A stretch of DNA of 64,000 bases from Klebsormidium nitens (Eukaryota; Plantae; Klebsormidiophyceae): assembly GCA_000708835.1 (NCBI GenBank), contig DF237253.1, positions 43,291 through 107,290 of the forward strand, in the 5' to 3' direction. Shown in pieces: positions 25,671-37,043 of this stretch. The notes below the pieces were generated by a model. The model made no database searches, was not told the origin of the DNA, and was given only the letters and a program-made list of their open reading frames with translations. The translations under genes and the position numbers were made by a program. The stretch's first letter is position 1, and each line of letters starts with the position of its first letter.

Positions 25671-26671
25671 GAGATCTGAGCAATTAGCGGCAGCAAGCCG
25701 AGTACATGGATTGTTCGACCGTTAGAATGGTTTGGCACACCGATTTCTCTACCTCTAGTTGCTTTGAGGTACGATGGAAGCAGCTGCGGGACTCTGGACT
25801 TCGAAGTTACACAACCATCCACCTCGAAAATGTGGTCTAATCATTGGAGTTTGATGAACAAAGCTGAAGCTCCATGGTGGCCGGGGCTACGTATGTATAT
25901 GTACCAGCATGATCGAGGCCACTGATATGCGTGGTCAGACTCACTCCAAGAAAGCTTGTTGTGTGGATCCAAATTTAGACAGTCACAGCAAGCGTGAACT
26001 CCGAAGGTACATCCGATCGGCCCGGCCATGCCATCCATAATATATTGTCCAAGCTAGTTAGCTGTGATCGCGAGATATTGACATGATGTCGGACAATCGA
26101 CAGCTAGTAGTCCAGCTGCGCGCGCGGCGCCCCCCACCCGGCCCCTGGCGCTAATTGGTGGCCGGCTGCATGCCAGAGGGATGCATTGTACTGCACCGCA
26201 AAAGGCTACTGTGCCACCAAGAAAATGTGATTGTTCATGCGCGAACTTCGGGAAGTTTAAGTTTACGCGTGTCCGGAGCAAGTTGCACCCATGCGCGCCG
26301 TTCCATGGTGCTTAATTAAGCTGAATGGACCTTTTGACCCTAAAGTTTCCGGCCATCCCGATATCCACAGAAATGGTTGATTTATCATCAGTGAGGGCCG
26401 GCGATGTACGTGCATGTCCGTCAAACTTGCTTGATGTTATCAACGTCTCATACCTGCATATGATCAGGCATACTACATACCGTGACACTATCAGCGTGCG
26501 GTCACCGTCGGACAGGGCGGCACAACCGCAAAGGATTTGCATCTTGGCATCTCGACATAGACGTAGAATGCTCGGACCCACCTAGGAGGCCGGCCTGCAA
26601 TGACTTCAGGCCACTATCATTTCAGAACGACATCAAAGTCATTAGTGTACTAGGAAACTCATTAGTGTACC

Positions 26672-29600
26672 CTAGTATTGTCCTCTTCTTATCTGATCAT
26701 CTAATTGACCAGCGTTCAGCGTTCCAGGAAGCTCTTGGAAGCCGTCATTGAAGACCGAGTATGCGCTGCAATCAAAAATTTGGACGTCATGTTGGAGCAG
26801 AACAAGAGCAGTACTTTCCTTCTTCTGTGCACACACAATGAAGCCTCTTTACACCGTCTAAGGCCACACGATCGAAGGTTGCTACAGGCGGTTGCCATCG
26901 CAGAAATAAACTTCGCTTTTCTGCCGACTGCGGCCGCCTCAGACATTCCTGCCTGGTTAGCTGTACCGCGGCTGAAAGCAGACAAACTAGCGGTTCAAAC
27001 TTTGCCAGCATCTAGTAAGCAAGCGACGTTGCCAGCATTGAAAAAACCGCAGGAGAACCAGATACGCGATCGAAATTCGAACGGGCGAAGCAATAGAAAC
27101 AAGCAGCTTGATGGTGTTACTTGCAAGCAGACCGTCTCATCAATACGGAGAGGGTCTGTGTCAATGGTTCACAACTTGATGCCAGTGCAAGATCCCCGCA
27201 TCCGTGCAATAAACCGGCTCTCGTTTCAAGCTCACCTCGCTTCGCCCGGTTTCCGCGTCCCAAGGTTTAGAAGGATGATCGCAAAGCAAGTTCCTAGTAT
27301 CTGCAGAGAAAACGAAGAGTGCCAGACAAGTCAAAAATACTGGCGCCGTCTTAAAGGTACAGAACACTTTTCGTTTACCGACATGGCTGGCACAGAAGCA
27401 CGATCGAAGTCGCAATCCGTTGCAACTTCGGCTCCGAGACTCAAACAAAGGGGACTAAAGCGCATGAACAAAGACACCTCTGAAGCCTTAACTCTTAGTC
27501 GGAGCCCTTCGCTGAACTTCCGATCCAGATTCTCGTCGACCAACAAAACACAAACAGCCCTCTGAGCTGTTTAGCCCCGTGGGCGGACTAATCGGGGCGC
27601 TAAACAGAGTCAACTAACCAGAGCGCTAACTCTCTTCGTCATGCGGGTGAAGCCAGCTGGCGAGATGCATGTCAAATCGACTTTCTTTACCTTCCGGACG
27701 TTTTGATACTCGTTGCTGGACCTTCTTGCTTTCCGCACCTTGCTTTCAGACCAAGGCGCGAAAAGTGAGAAGATAGAACGGCGATCTGTCGCTTTCGGAC
27801 CCCTTTTGAACCGGGCAGGCGAGGAGGTGGCACTTTGTCTTTCAGATGTGAAAGTGTTGGTGTACCCAACGATTAAGAAAAAGATTGAGAAAAAAGAAAA
27901 GATTGAAAAATGATTGAAGGCTTTTTGACTACCTTTGCAAGCAACTCGACCGACTTGCTTCTGTGTTAGTCCCCTCGATTCGTCATCTCAGCCAAATTAG
28001 AGTTTGCAATTCGATGCGGAAAGGAACCGTCGCGATGAGTCTGATATGAGAAGCTCACATATACAGGGCCCAGGTCCCACCGGGCAAGAAGCGGACCGAA
28101 TATGCACATGGAAAGGAGGAGCGCCCACGTCCGGAGGTGGACGGAGAAGAACGCGACGAGGAGCCAATCTGCAGAGGGGAAGCGCGCTGTCAGACACCAT
28201 CTTTAAAACCCCGATTGTAAAAAGATGTTGCTCCGTGAGCGACCTAGATTAAGTCTGCCCAGCGCTTTCGTGCGCCGTGAAATTACGATTTGCGGCGTCT
28301 GGGGTCGCCAATTTTCGGTGTGAACGTGTCAATGCGAGACAGTACCATTCAGGGGGGGCTCGAACAGAGGTTCACCCCTTCGACCAGCAAGACCCTACCT
28401 GTCCGCTGGGTGAGATTGGAGCGGCGAAATATACTTACTCTGGGTTACTTCTTGACTACAGGTCAACAACCAGGTGGTTTTCGAGAAGGCGTCGTACGTT
28501 AAGCTGCTAACTGAGATCCCCAATTACATATCGATTACTTTTGTTGCATTGAAGCAGGCGTGCAATCTGAGTACTCTCATCGTGACCCCAAGCATACGTC
28601 TGACATCCTTGTTTCCGGAAGAGTCTACCGAGACTTATTTTCTCATCCAAAAACGCAGCCTTCAGTTGTCTGAAGGCCAATACTGCGTGACAATCCACAG
28701 GTGTTTCCCCAAATCCTCTAGCGATAACTCTCTTGCAAGCAGCAATTATCTAACGAGAAAGTGAAACAGCCCTGAAAACAAAGATGCAGAAAAGGTGATT
28801 GCAGAAGAAACCCGTACCAGGGGCCTTTAGCTTCTCCCGCAGGAACCATGCAATTGTCCGATGTATCCGTGGTGCATCCGGAGCGAGTCGAAACCTCTGC
28901 ACAAACCGAAACGGGTATTGGTTGGCTAAACAGAGGGTTAAGCTAACCGGGCAGGTTCTCCTCAGATGAGGACGCCAAGAAAGAAATTGGGATCAGTTGC
29001 CTTCGCACTCTTTTCGAGCTCGTAAAAGCGAAGCAGATTAGTAAAGGCTGAGAACTCATCGATCACGCCTAATCGGCGACCACTCTGCGTCTTTCACAAC
29101 AGAAGTCGGTCAGGTTTTCGTTTTATTGCCAACCCGTAACCATCACGGCTACATGTTCAGTGTGCATTTTCGGGACGCGCAGATTATCATCAATTGTATA
29201 CCAATGAACTGTCCTCTTCACTAGACCCCGATTGATCTAGCATTGCCAACGCCGAGTTTCAGCAGGACTATGAGATACAACCAACCTTCTCTGTTCACCA
29301 GAGCTTGCAGCAACCGTTTTTACAGAGCGCTGTCTTCCGGACGAACGGGGGAACATGATTGGCACGTAATCTCTCGCATTTCCACAGCAGTATGTGAACG
29401 TACAGATCAAAGAAAGAGGGGCGGATGAAAAATTCTTCTTCATGAAAAATAGAAATATAATTGAAATGTTACTGAAACATGTGAAGCCTTTCAGACGCGT
29501 TGCGCTTACTAGGTCTTCGTCTTCATCCGGCTCGGCCGGAGTCGGTGCGGGCACGTGGAGGGGGGCAGCTTGCTGAGGGGGTGGCTTGGGGACTACCATT

Positions 29601-31469
29601 GCTGTGATGCAATCTGGAAAAAGGGGTCGAGATATAAACCTCAGAAATGGGCCGAGATATAAACCCCAGATATGAACCCCAACCTTAGACCCGAATGTTC
29701 AAAACCACGTCGTCCAAAAAGGAACACCACGTGGAGATCCTCCGAGCGTAAAACCTTCGACGAGTCAAATCAAGGAGGACGAACAGATACAGACTGGATA
29801 GAGGCAAATTGCTGGAGGGGTGTCGGAGTCGACTGCGCTAAAGAACGCCATTCACACTAAATCCAAGATGTGGTGACTTGTAAAGTGTTGACCCATTTGC
29901 GAGTGTCAACCAAGGAGGACGAACGAACAAGATTGAAGGGAGGCAAGTTGCTGGGGGGGCCGCTTGGGGACGACCATCGCTGTGATGCAATCTGGAAAAA
30001 CAACGGTGCCAAAGTTCCTGAAAGCGAAACCCAAGCCTCTACAGGGCCAGGAGTCTCCGAGACCTTGAAACCTTCAAGTCGAAAGCTGTACAAGATCGGT
30101 GATCTTTTTTGAACATAAGAACCTCAACCCTCAGAACCAAGTTTCTACGAGGTCTACGGTTCTCGATACTGAAACGAATGAGGCTTCGCCTGAGGTTCGA
30201 CCCAACAGTGGACCAGGACTCAGTTATAAAAAGTACACAACGTCCTAACTTGACGGAGCCCAACAAGAATGCGAAAAACTGACACAAGTGTGCAGACTTG
30301 GGGTCACTAATACCTACGTAGACCGTACCAGGGCTTTTCATACTGGATTACAAGAGGAGCAGCGAGACGTAATGTGGCCGTTGCATTGGAAAAGTCAAAA
30401 GGGCGTCAGAGTGGCCGGCTCATGAAAGCAACACAAAGAGCCATGACGACCATACCAACTGCACGACTGTCAAACAAACACAACTGTTTCTCCCCAGAGA
30501 TCGGTGTTGGAATCCTGGACGCAAGAACTGCCAGCATTGGTGCAGATTTCTTCCGACGTATTCAGGCATTTGAATGAACCAATCTGGAACCTATCGGGCA
30601 GCCCCTGCCTGCATTGAGGTCCAGCTCATCCTCGGCTTTCGTTTCAAACACACGGTAGCAAGTGCTTCAACTCACCCCCTTCCTTGAGGTTGAGTGGCCC
30701 ATCTGTGAGCACCTTGCCCCCCAGTATCAACTTAAGCCGGTCCACTGTGACCCTTGTCAATTCCTCCGCAACGCGCTCCTTTAGTGACAGTAACTGCAGG
30801 AAAACGAAGTTTTGAGGCTCACTTTTCAGAGTCAACTGTCAGGCTCAGTTTTCAGGCTCAGATTTTGCTTTTGGGGGGCTGTGACGCTGATCTGTTCCTC
30901 CATTATGCGCTCCTTTTACTGACGATAATTGCATGAAAACGAGTGCACACTTTGCACCCTTCGCAAACCCGTGTAATGTGTGCCCAGTTCGATATGGAAT
31001 GTGGTAAGTCGCATTGTCCAGATACTCAATTGACCAACTTTCTGCAGACGTCTTCCCCTCTCTGATCGAATTCTGCCCTTTTTCTCTCGCTGCAGGGACC
31101 TACTCGTCAAAGGAAACCTGTGTCAGTGGCAGGGGCAAAATTTTCTGCAGCGCCTGAAGAGTGAGTATTCTCCCTCGACCAGATGGATGGAATGTCAAAT
31201 CACCTTCACAAATCTCACTTAAAGAAGGTCGCTACTCTGGTGACCTTGGTCCATTTTTCCTACAGTCCTCAATCTGCTTTACATGTGGAAACAGAGCGGC
31301 CATGGGATCCCACATCAAAGAACATACCCGAAAGCAGGAATGGCAACACAAAGTTGACACAGTTTCAGAAGAGTGCTAGAAAGTGCAATTCACTCACTGA
31401 AAGTATTTCCGGCACATCCACCTCCCGGGGCTTCGCTAAGCCCGGGCTCCGGATCAGGACCGTCGGCAT
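26672..31469 (-). CDS. SAYSD1: Ubiquitin-like domain plus SAYSvFN-domain membrane protein (plant-type SAYSD1 homologue)
   Basis: Exons 31469-31398 (MPTVLIRSPG..), 30793-30676 (LKERVAEEL..LKLILGGKVL, UBL), 29601-29510, 28896-28818, 28168-28059 (hydrophobic, WDLGPVY), 27300-27236 (ILGTCFAIILLNLGTRKPGEA) and 26765-26672 (SAYSVFNDGFQELPGTLNAGQLDDQIRRGQY*). All phases are compatible and the SAYSVFN motif is exact. A micro-exon after the UBL exon cannot be excluded. Confidence 0.9.
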
Positions 31470-32650
31470 CTTGGCGGTTTTCGTTCACACGTAGATGCTC
31501 TCTGCAAAGCATATTGTCCACCTCATGGGATCTTTCAACTTCAAACATTGGATCTTTCAAATGGTTTGAAAGATATCAACATATCAAGGTAGAAGGCTCA
31601 CCAAACCTTTTGTGTTGTAGAGCAGTTAACAGGATTGCAGGGAAGCGTCGGGCAGCAAGATGCGTCTGCAGCACTCATGCAAGGTGGTGGTTGGAAGAAG
31701 AAGAACTGTCCTAAAAGATAGTTGTTTGTGAACGGTCCATCAGACGTTCACATAAACAATCAATGGGCATCTTTAAGTCCAGTGGCATCATTGTGAAGAT
31801 TGTCATGCACAGATTGCCTCCCTGGCTCTTGATATACCCCTTCTGATGAGACACATTCTTGTGACATCTGTAGATTGGCTGGTCTCTTGTTGAACAACTG
31901 TAAGCAGGAGATACCTGAATGGCGCATATCATCAGCAAAATAGGCTGCTGGAGTACGCATAGGAAAACCAACCAGAATGCTGCTGGTCCTGATGAGAATT
32001 GACTCACCAGAAGGATGTCGCACAGCTCTTTCACCAGATGTCATCCAATTGCAGCTTCCGGACGCGTACTCGAGCTCAGTCCGCCAAATTGTCTGCAATG
32101 CTGTCAAACCCTCCGACTCACTGTTGCAAGATCCTCGCCCACTCCTACTTTCTTGGATCAATTTGGAGCTCAGAAGCTGGCGCCACGCTTGCTGATCAGA
32201 ATGTTGTCAAGAGCATTGCCATTGATCACATTGAAATTTCGAACAGAGAAAGCAAGAGACTGCAGTTGAAATTAGGGTTCCACTTTCCTGCCAAATCGCA
32301 CACGAATTATGTATAGGTACATATCTTTGCAAAACAGTTTTTTCATCGACGGTTTAGATCTCACAGAGGTGAGATATGGAGGCGACAGTGCCGTTGATCT
32401 TGTTTCCCGTTTCCGGAGGTTCCAAGTGAACTTTTTCTGTCATGCAGCACATTTTACGATCTTCTCAACTCGTGGGCAGATGCTAGAACCAGGACTCAGG
32501 AGGTCGGAAAGGTTTTTTGGAGGAAGGGCGGTTGGAGGGCGCCCTCCTGTTGTCCAGAGACTGGTGCAGGGCTGGTAACCAGCGACGGATCTGTCTGGAC
32601 ATCGTCTTGGCTCTGCAATTCTCCCGAGAGTAGGCTGCAGCGCTTAAATC

Positions 32651-35517
32651 ATGGCGGTTTCCACAGTTTACAGTGACGAGGGCGCATTCTTTGGTTCAGG
32701 GAAGAGGAGGTTTTTTGATAGGAGAACAACCCTGAACACCTTCCTTCCTCAATCAAATGTTTCGTGGTTGGGAGTTTCTCACGTTGGCCACTCCCGCGGC
32801 GAGGCTGAGATCTACATGTTTCAGGATGAAGGGTTAGAGGACCCAAGTAGTCGGGGGCCCCCTGGAGCCTTCCAAGGTTCCAGGGGGGGGTTCATGATCA
32901 GCGGGGATGCGAGCCTGGTCGAGGACAGTGAGGAAAGTGGCGCTCTGAGGGCTCAGCGCCTGGGTTTCGTGCACCACAGGCAGCCAGGCTAGGGATTCGC
33001 TCCCTTGGTGGGGGCTATCTCTTCACTGGGGGAGGATAATTGTGCCAACAATCATTCCTCGAACAGTTCCATTGCACAGGAGGCGAGCGGGGTTTGGAGG
33101 GGGTTCTGGCAGGGGTTGACCCGGCGCAAAGGGGCGGGGCGCAGTTTGAATGGCGCACAGGGCTCATGGCCTGCATCAGCGAAGATGTCAGCAGTCGCAT
33201 CATCTTCATTGGCAAAGGCGGGGGTTGCGCATGAGATGAGGCTCTCAAAGGCAGGGCTGTCTGTGAGGAGGCTGCCTTTCAATGAGGGCAGGGTTAGGAG
33301 CGGAGTCTATCTCAATCCTCCCCAGGAGCATGGTTTGTCGGCTTCTGAGTCGGGGTTCTACATTAACCCAGGCTAGGGCGAGGGCCCCATCCTCGAATGG
33401 GGTGGGGCGATTGGGGAGGATTTCAGGGGGAGAGAGAAGACCGTTAACAGGAAGGAGAGTCTGAGGGTCAGCGGTCAGGGTTTGGGATTGAGAAAGGAGT
33501 TTGGGGAGGTCAAGGGGAGGGTAGCAACTAGAGAAGGGAGAAGGAGCGTACGCATCCAGCTTGGTGTGGCCTCTCTAGATTTGTGCATGACGGAGGATTG
33601 GTACAGGACACAGGACAGTGTACAGCAGGCATTGACTGGTCTTCAGAGTTTCATTAACCAGGGTAGGCAGGAGGTTAGCAAGAGCTTAAAGAGCCAGGAA
33701 GACATCGCAGTTACCGAGAGGCTAGCTAGCGCAATTACAGTAGGATCGATCTTTCTAGCCGACCAGATAGAAGCTGGCGGTCATGTTCTGACGCAGAATA
33801 TTAGCAAGAAGGGCGCGGTTTGGAGGGAGAGGAGCAGATTGAAGAAGGAGGTCAGGATTGCTCCTGCTCTTCTAGGGGGTGTGACCACGGCTGCAAATTG
33901 GAGTGGCAAGATTGAGGACGTTGCGGAAGGGTTCAAGGGTCACGTGCAAGGGGTGAAGAAGGCCGTGGCGGCAAACATTGGAAGAGTGGCTCAGGAGGTA
34001 TGGATCTATACCCTGACGAGCTTTAGTGCTGTGGATGCGATGCGTCCTTTTTATTTCGGGATCGCTGCTTGCACAATTGGATGTTTAGACACTGCCCTTG
34101 CGGTCCATGTTGATTTCAGTCATTGAAAGAGAACAAAGATCAGGTAGGTATGTTAAGCCTAACCCTAATTCTGCTTTTCTTGGTACTGAGGAGTTTGAGA
34201 TGTGTTGCCTGATCTATACTTTCTTTTGAGCGTGTTTTGCTTGCTCTGATGGTTGCAACACTGACGATCGCGAGCGGGCTTCGATTTTGATTTGCTGAAT
34301 TGTCGGGATTTGGCCTGTCGCACTTTGTTTTCACATTCTCAAGCTGTTAGTTCTGTTTCTTGCTTGTCAGTGCTCTGCATGAAGAGTGTCAAACATGTGT
34401 TGTCCTTGCTGCGGTTTCCTCTCTCCTTTGAGTCCTTTGAACACCTACCTGAACGTTCCGGCCAGTTCTGAAGCAATTTAGCTTAGCAAGGCTCCCTTGT
34501 ACATCTGTACAGCTCAATTCTGCATAAGCTACTCGTTCATCCAATGTCTGATTGCCTGTCTCTTGCTGTGCATCCAGACGGGCCACACAGAGAGGCTTCC
34601 TCGCGAGATCGTTGGTCTCGGCTCCATGACCGTCGCCTCTTTCGACGCCTTCGCGCGTGTGCGGGATGCGGCCGAAGATGCGGCTCGAGAGGTCCTGACT
34701 GAGGGCAGTACTGTGGCGTCTGACGTCGTCGCTCTCAGGTGAGTTGCAGGAAGTTCTCTCTATCCCCAGGATTGTAGTTTTTGCATGTGTCTGTTGAAGA
34801 TGAGTGTTTGGCCTTGTCCCCTTATACCATTAGAGTCCTGCCTGCTTCGTTGTTGGAACGTGTGCGCTGACATTGAGGTTCCTGCAAAGTGCCAACGGTT
34901 GGTACATACGTTGCGGGCTCGTAATGCATTCCTCTGGGGCTGCAGCAGCGTTTCAAACATGTTCAGCTAGTTCTTTTGGTTTGGAAATTCGTGCAGAACT
35001 CACTCAAGTAGAACGAAAGAGTAAGAAGTTGTGAATTGCTTTTCGAATTGATGCCATGTTATGAGCACTGAAGTAGGAGGCCTTTTTTTGTAGTCTTTGC
35101 TTGTCAGTTATCAGAGTTTATGATCGTTATCTGCTGATCCTTATGAACATTTGTCGTTCAGACTTTCCCGGCTTATGACCAGCTTGTACTTCTTTCATGC
35201 AGCTCCGTGCATGCAGGTTCGACCTGTTACATGCACTTCCTTAACTTAAAAGGAGAAGCATCTTTGAATCGTTTTCGAATTCGACATGTCTTCTTTTCAG
35301 GTATGGCCAGCAGGCTGGCGCTCTGGCGAAGGAGTGCTTCGAAGGAGTGGGAAACATAGTGGATGCTGCGATTGCTGTTGATAATGTGATCTGGAAGCTA
35401 CAGCCCGAGGTCTTCGCCATCTCCTTCACAAAGAAGACGATGAGGCACGTGGTTGGAAGCCATCTTGCTAGGATCTGTGCTGAAGAATACGACTGCTTTG
35501 CTATTGGATCCACCTAG
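32651..35517 (+). CDS. Senescence/spartin-domain protein (ERD7-like); 5' portion unresolved
   Basis: Exon ending 33997 (ERLASAITVGS..KKAVAANIGRVAQE), exon 34578-34738 (LPREIV..ASFDAFARVRDAAEDAAREVLTEGSTVASDVVALR) and exon 35301-35517 (YGQQAGALAKECFEGVGN..*) match the ERD7/spartin C-terminal pattern. The same frame back to ATG 32651 is broken by two TAGs. Confidence 0.75.
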
Positions 35518-37043
35518 TGTAGACAATACCACACTGTAGTTGCATCAAAAGTGTAGTTGCATTAGTTCAAGTTGAAAGTCTAGGTTTACTTTCGAGTATG
35601 TTCGTCGATAGGAGTGCGTTTGTAGCTAGTCAGTAGAGAGCGAGAGAATTTGGAACACCTTGGAGATTCTTCAGTTGGCCCAAGTTTACCGTACTAAGAA
35701 CGACACGTATGGCACGTGACAAGCCTGGGAGATTGGCGCAATGCTTTTACTAAGATTTCTCTATGTTATGGATCTCGTTTGAGCATGATCAACTCAAATA
35801 TCTAGTAGGTTTGCTTGTTCTCAAGAAACGTGTTCCATCTTTGGTGATGTTGGAAGCTTCATGCAAGGCGGGGCGGTGGCCCCAGCTGTCAATCGACTGT
35901 CCGTAACCGCAGTAGGCTCATGACTGGTACTATGCCTTGAGTAGCTAGGCGGCAATTTAGGATGTGCGTTCTCAAGCCGCTGAGCGTTTTTAGGTACATG
36001 TATAGCCACTCGCTCAGCCGGGCGGGCAGCTACATATGGCCAGCAGCTAATTCTTCGAGTGCCGGACCTTGGCCGGTCACTCAGTGCTCTGCATTGAGTG
36101 CTGCATGCTTTGGTAACATAATACCGTCCATGAGTCCGTGGCCGGAAGCCCGGCCGCCTAGGCTAGTGCAAACAAACTAAGACAGCCGCGCCGACGTACA
36201 TGCATATGCTCATGCAAACTAGTTTGATACTTGTCTCAGGACCGCATGTATATATACGGCATGGCATCATTGACCCCTATCTAAACACGAGCTACTAGGC
36301 TAGTCGTTTGCGTGTAAACGGATACTATACAAGTCACTCGATCAAGCGCCATGTCACTGCATATACGTCCCGGAGTTCAATCTTCGAAGCTTGCATCAAC
36401 ATTTCAAAAACTACTCGTCATGAGTTACTGGTGACTTGCCCAGCTTTGTCACTGGGCGCGCCATAATAGGGCACGCGCCGGGCACCCAAGCATGCGCATG
36501 CAGTCCGGCGTCGGAGCCATCTGATGTAGAGACAACTTTGTGCGGCAAATAGATGGCTGCACTCGACCATGCACGCAGCATGGGCCCGGCTGCGCTGAGT
36601 CTTGCCTTTGGTGCACGGCCGCCGATTGCATGTAGGAGTAATGATTCGATCAGCCTCACACTCGATTCAAACGGTGGATCCAACGATGTTCAATTGACTA
36701 GAAATGAGGCATGAGACGCTGATTATGAATGCCCATCCAAGTGGGGCAGGCTCACTCGTTTCCATCCAAGTGGGGTAAACTCACTCGTTTATGTCGGGTG
36801 CTTCCTTCCATGATGAGGGAAAACGCACACGCGCCACCGAGTTGCTCGTGTACCGATTAGGCACATGCTTTCCACCAGCGCTGAACCGAGTTATGACAAT
36901 GGCTTTTCTAATCGATGCATATGAAATGTTTGTCGGTGCATGCGAGTCGCGGTACTGTTCAAGCCGGCAGAGGTACATTCAGGTCAACTGTCTCCACCGA
37001 AACGGCAAATGTCAAAGAAACGGGCAGTCTCAATGCCACCCGC

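Noticed and set aside
26705-27565. 286-aa plus ORF
   Set aside because: Overlaps the last two SAYSvFN exons on the opposite strand and has no recognisable features; likely chance.
31700-32320. Short ORFs between divergent genes (similar stretches at 7900-8700, 41280-42100 and 46350-47700)
   Set aside because: Stops in all frames and no recognisable family; cannot be supported as genes.
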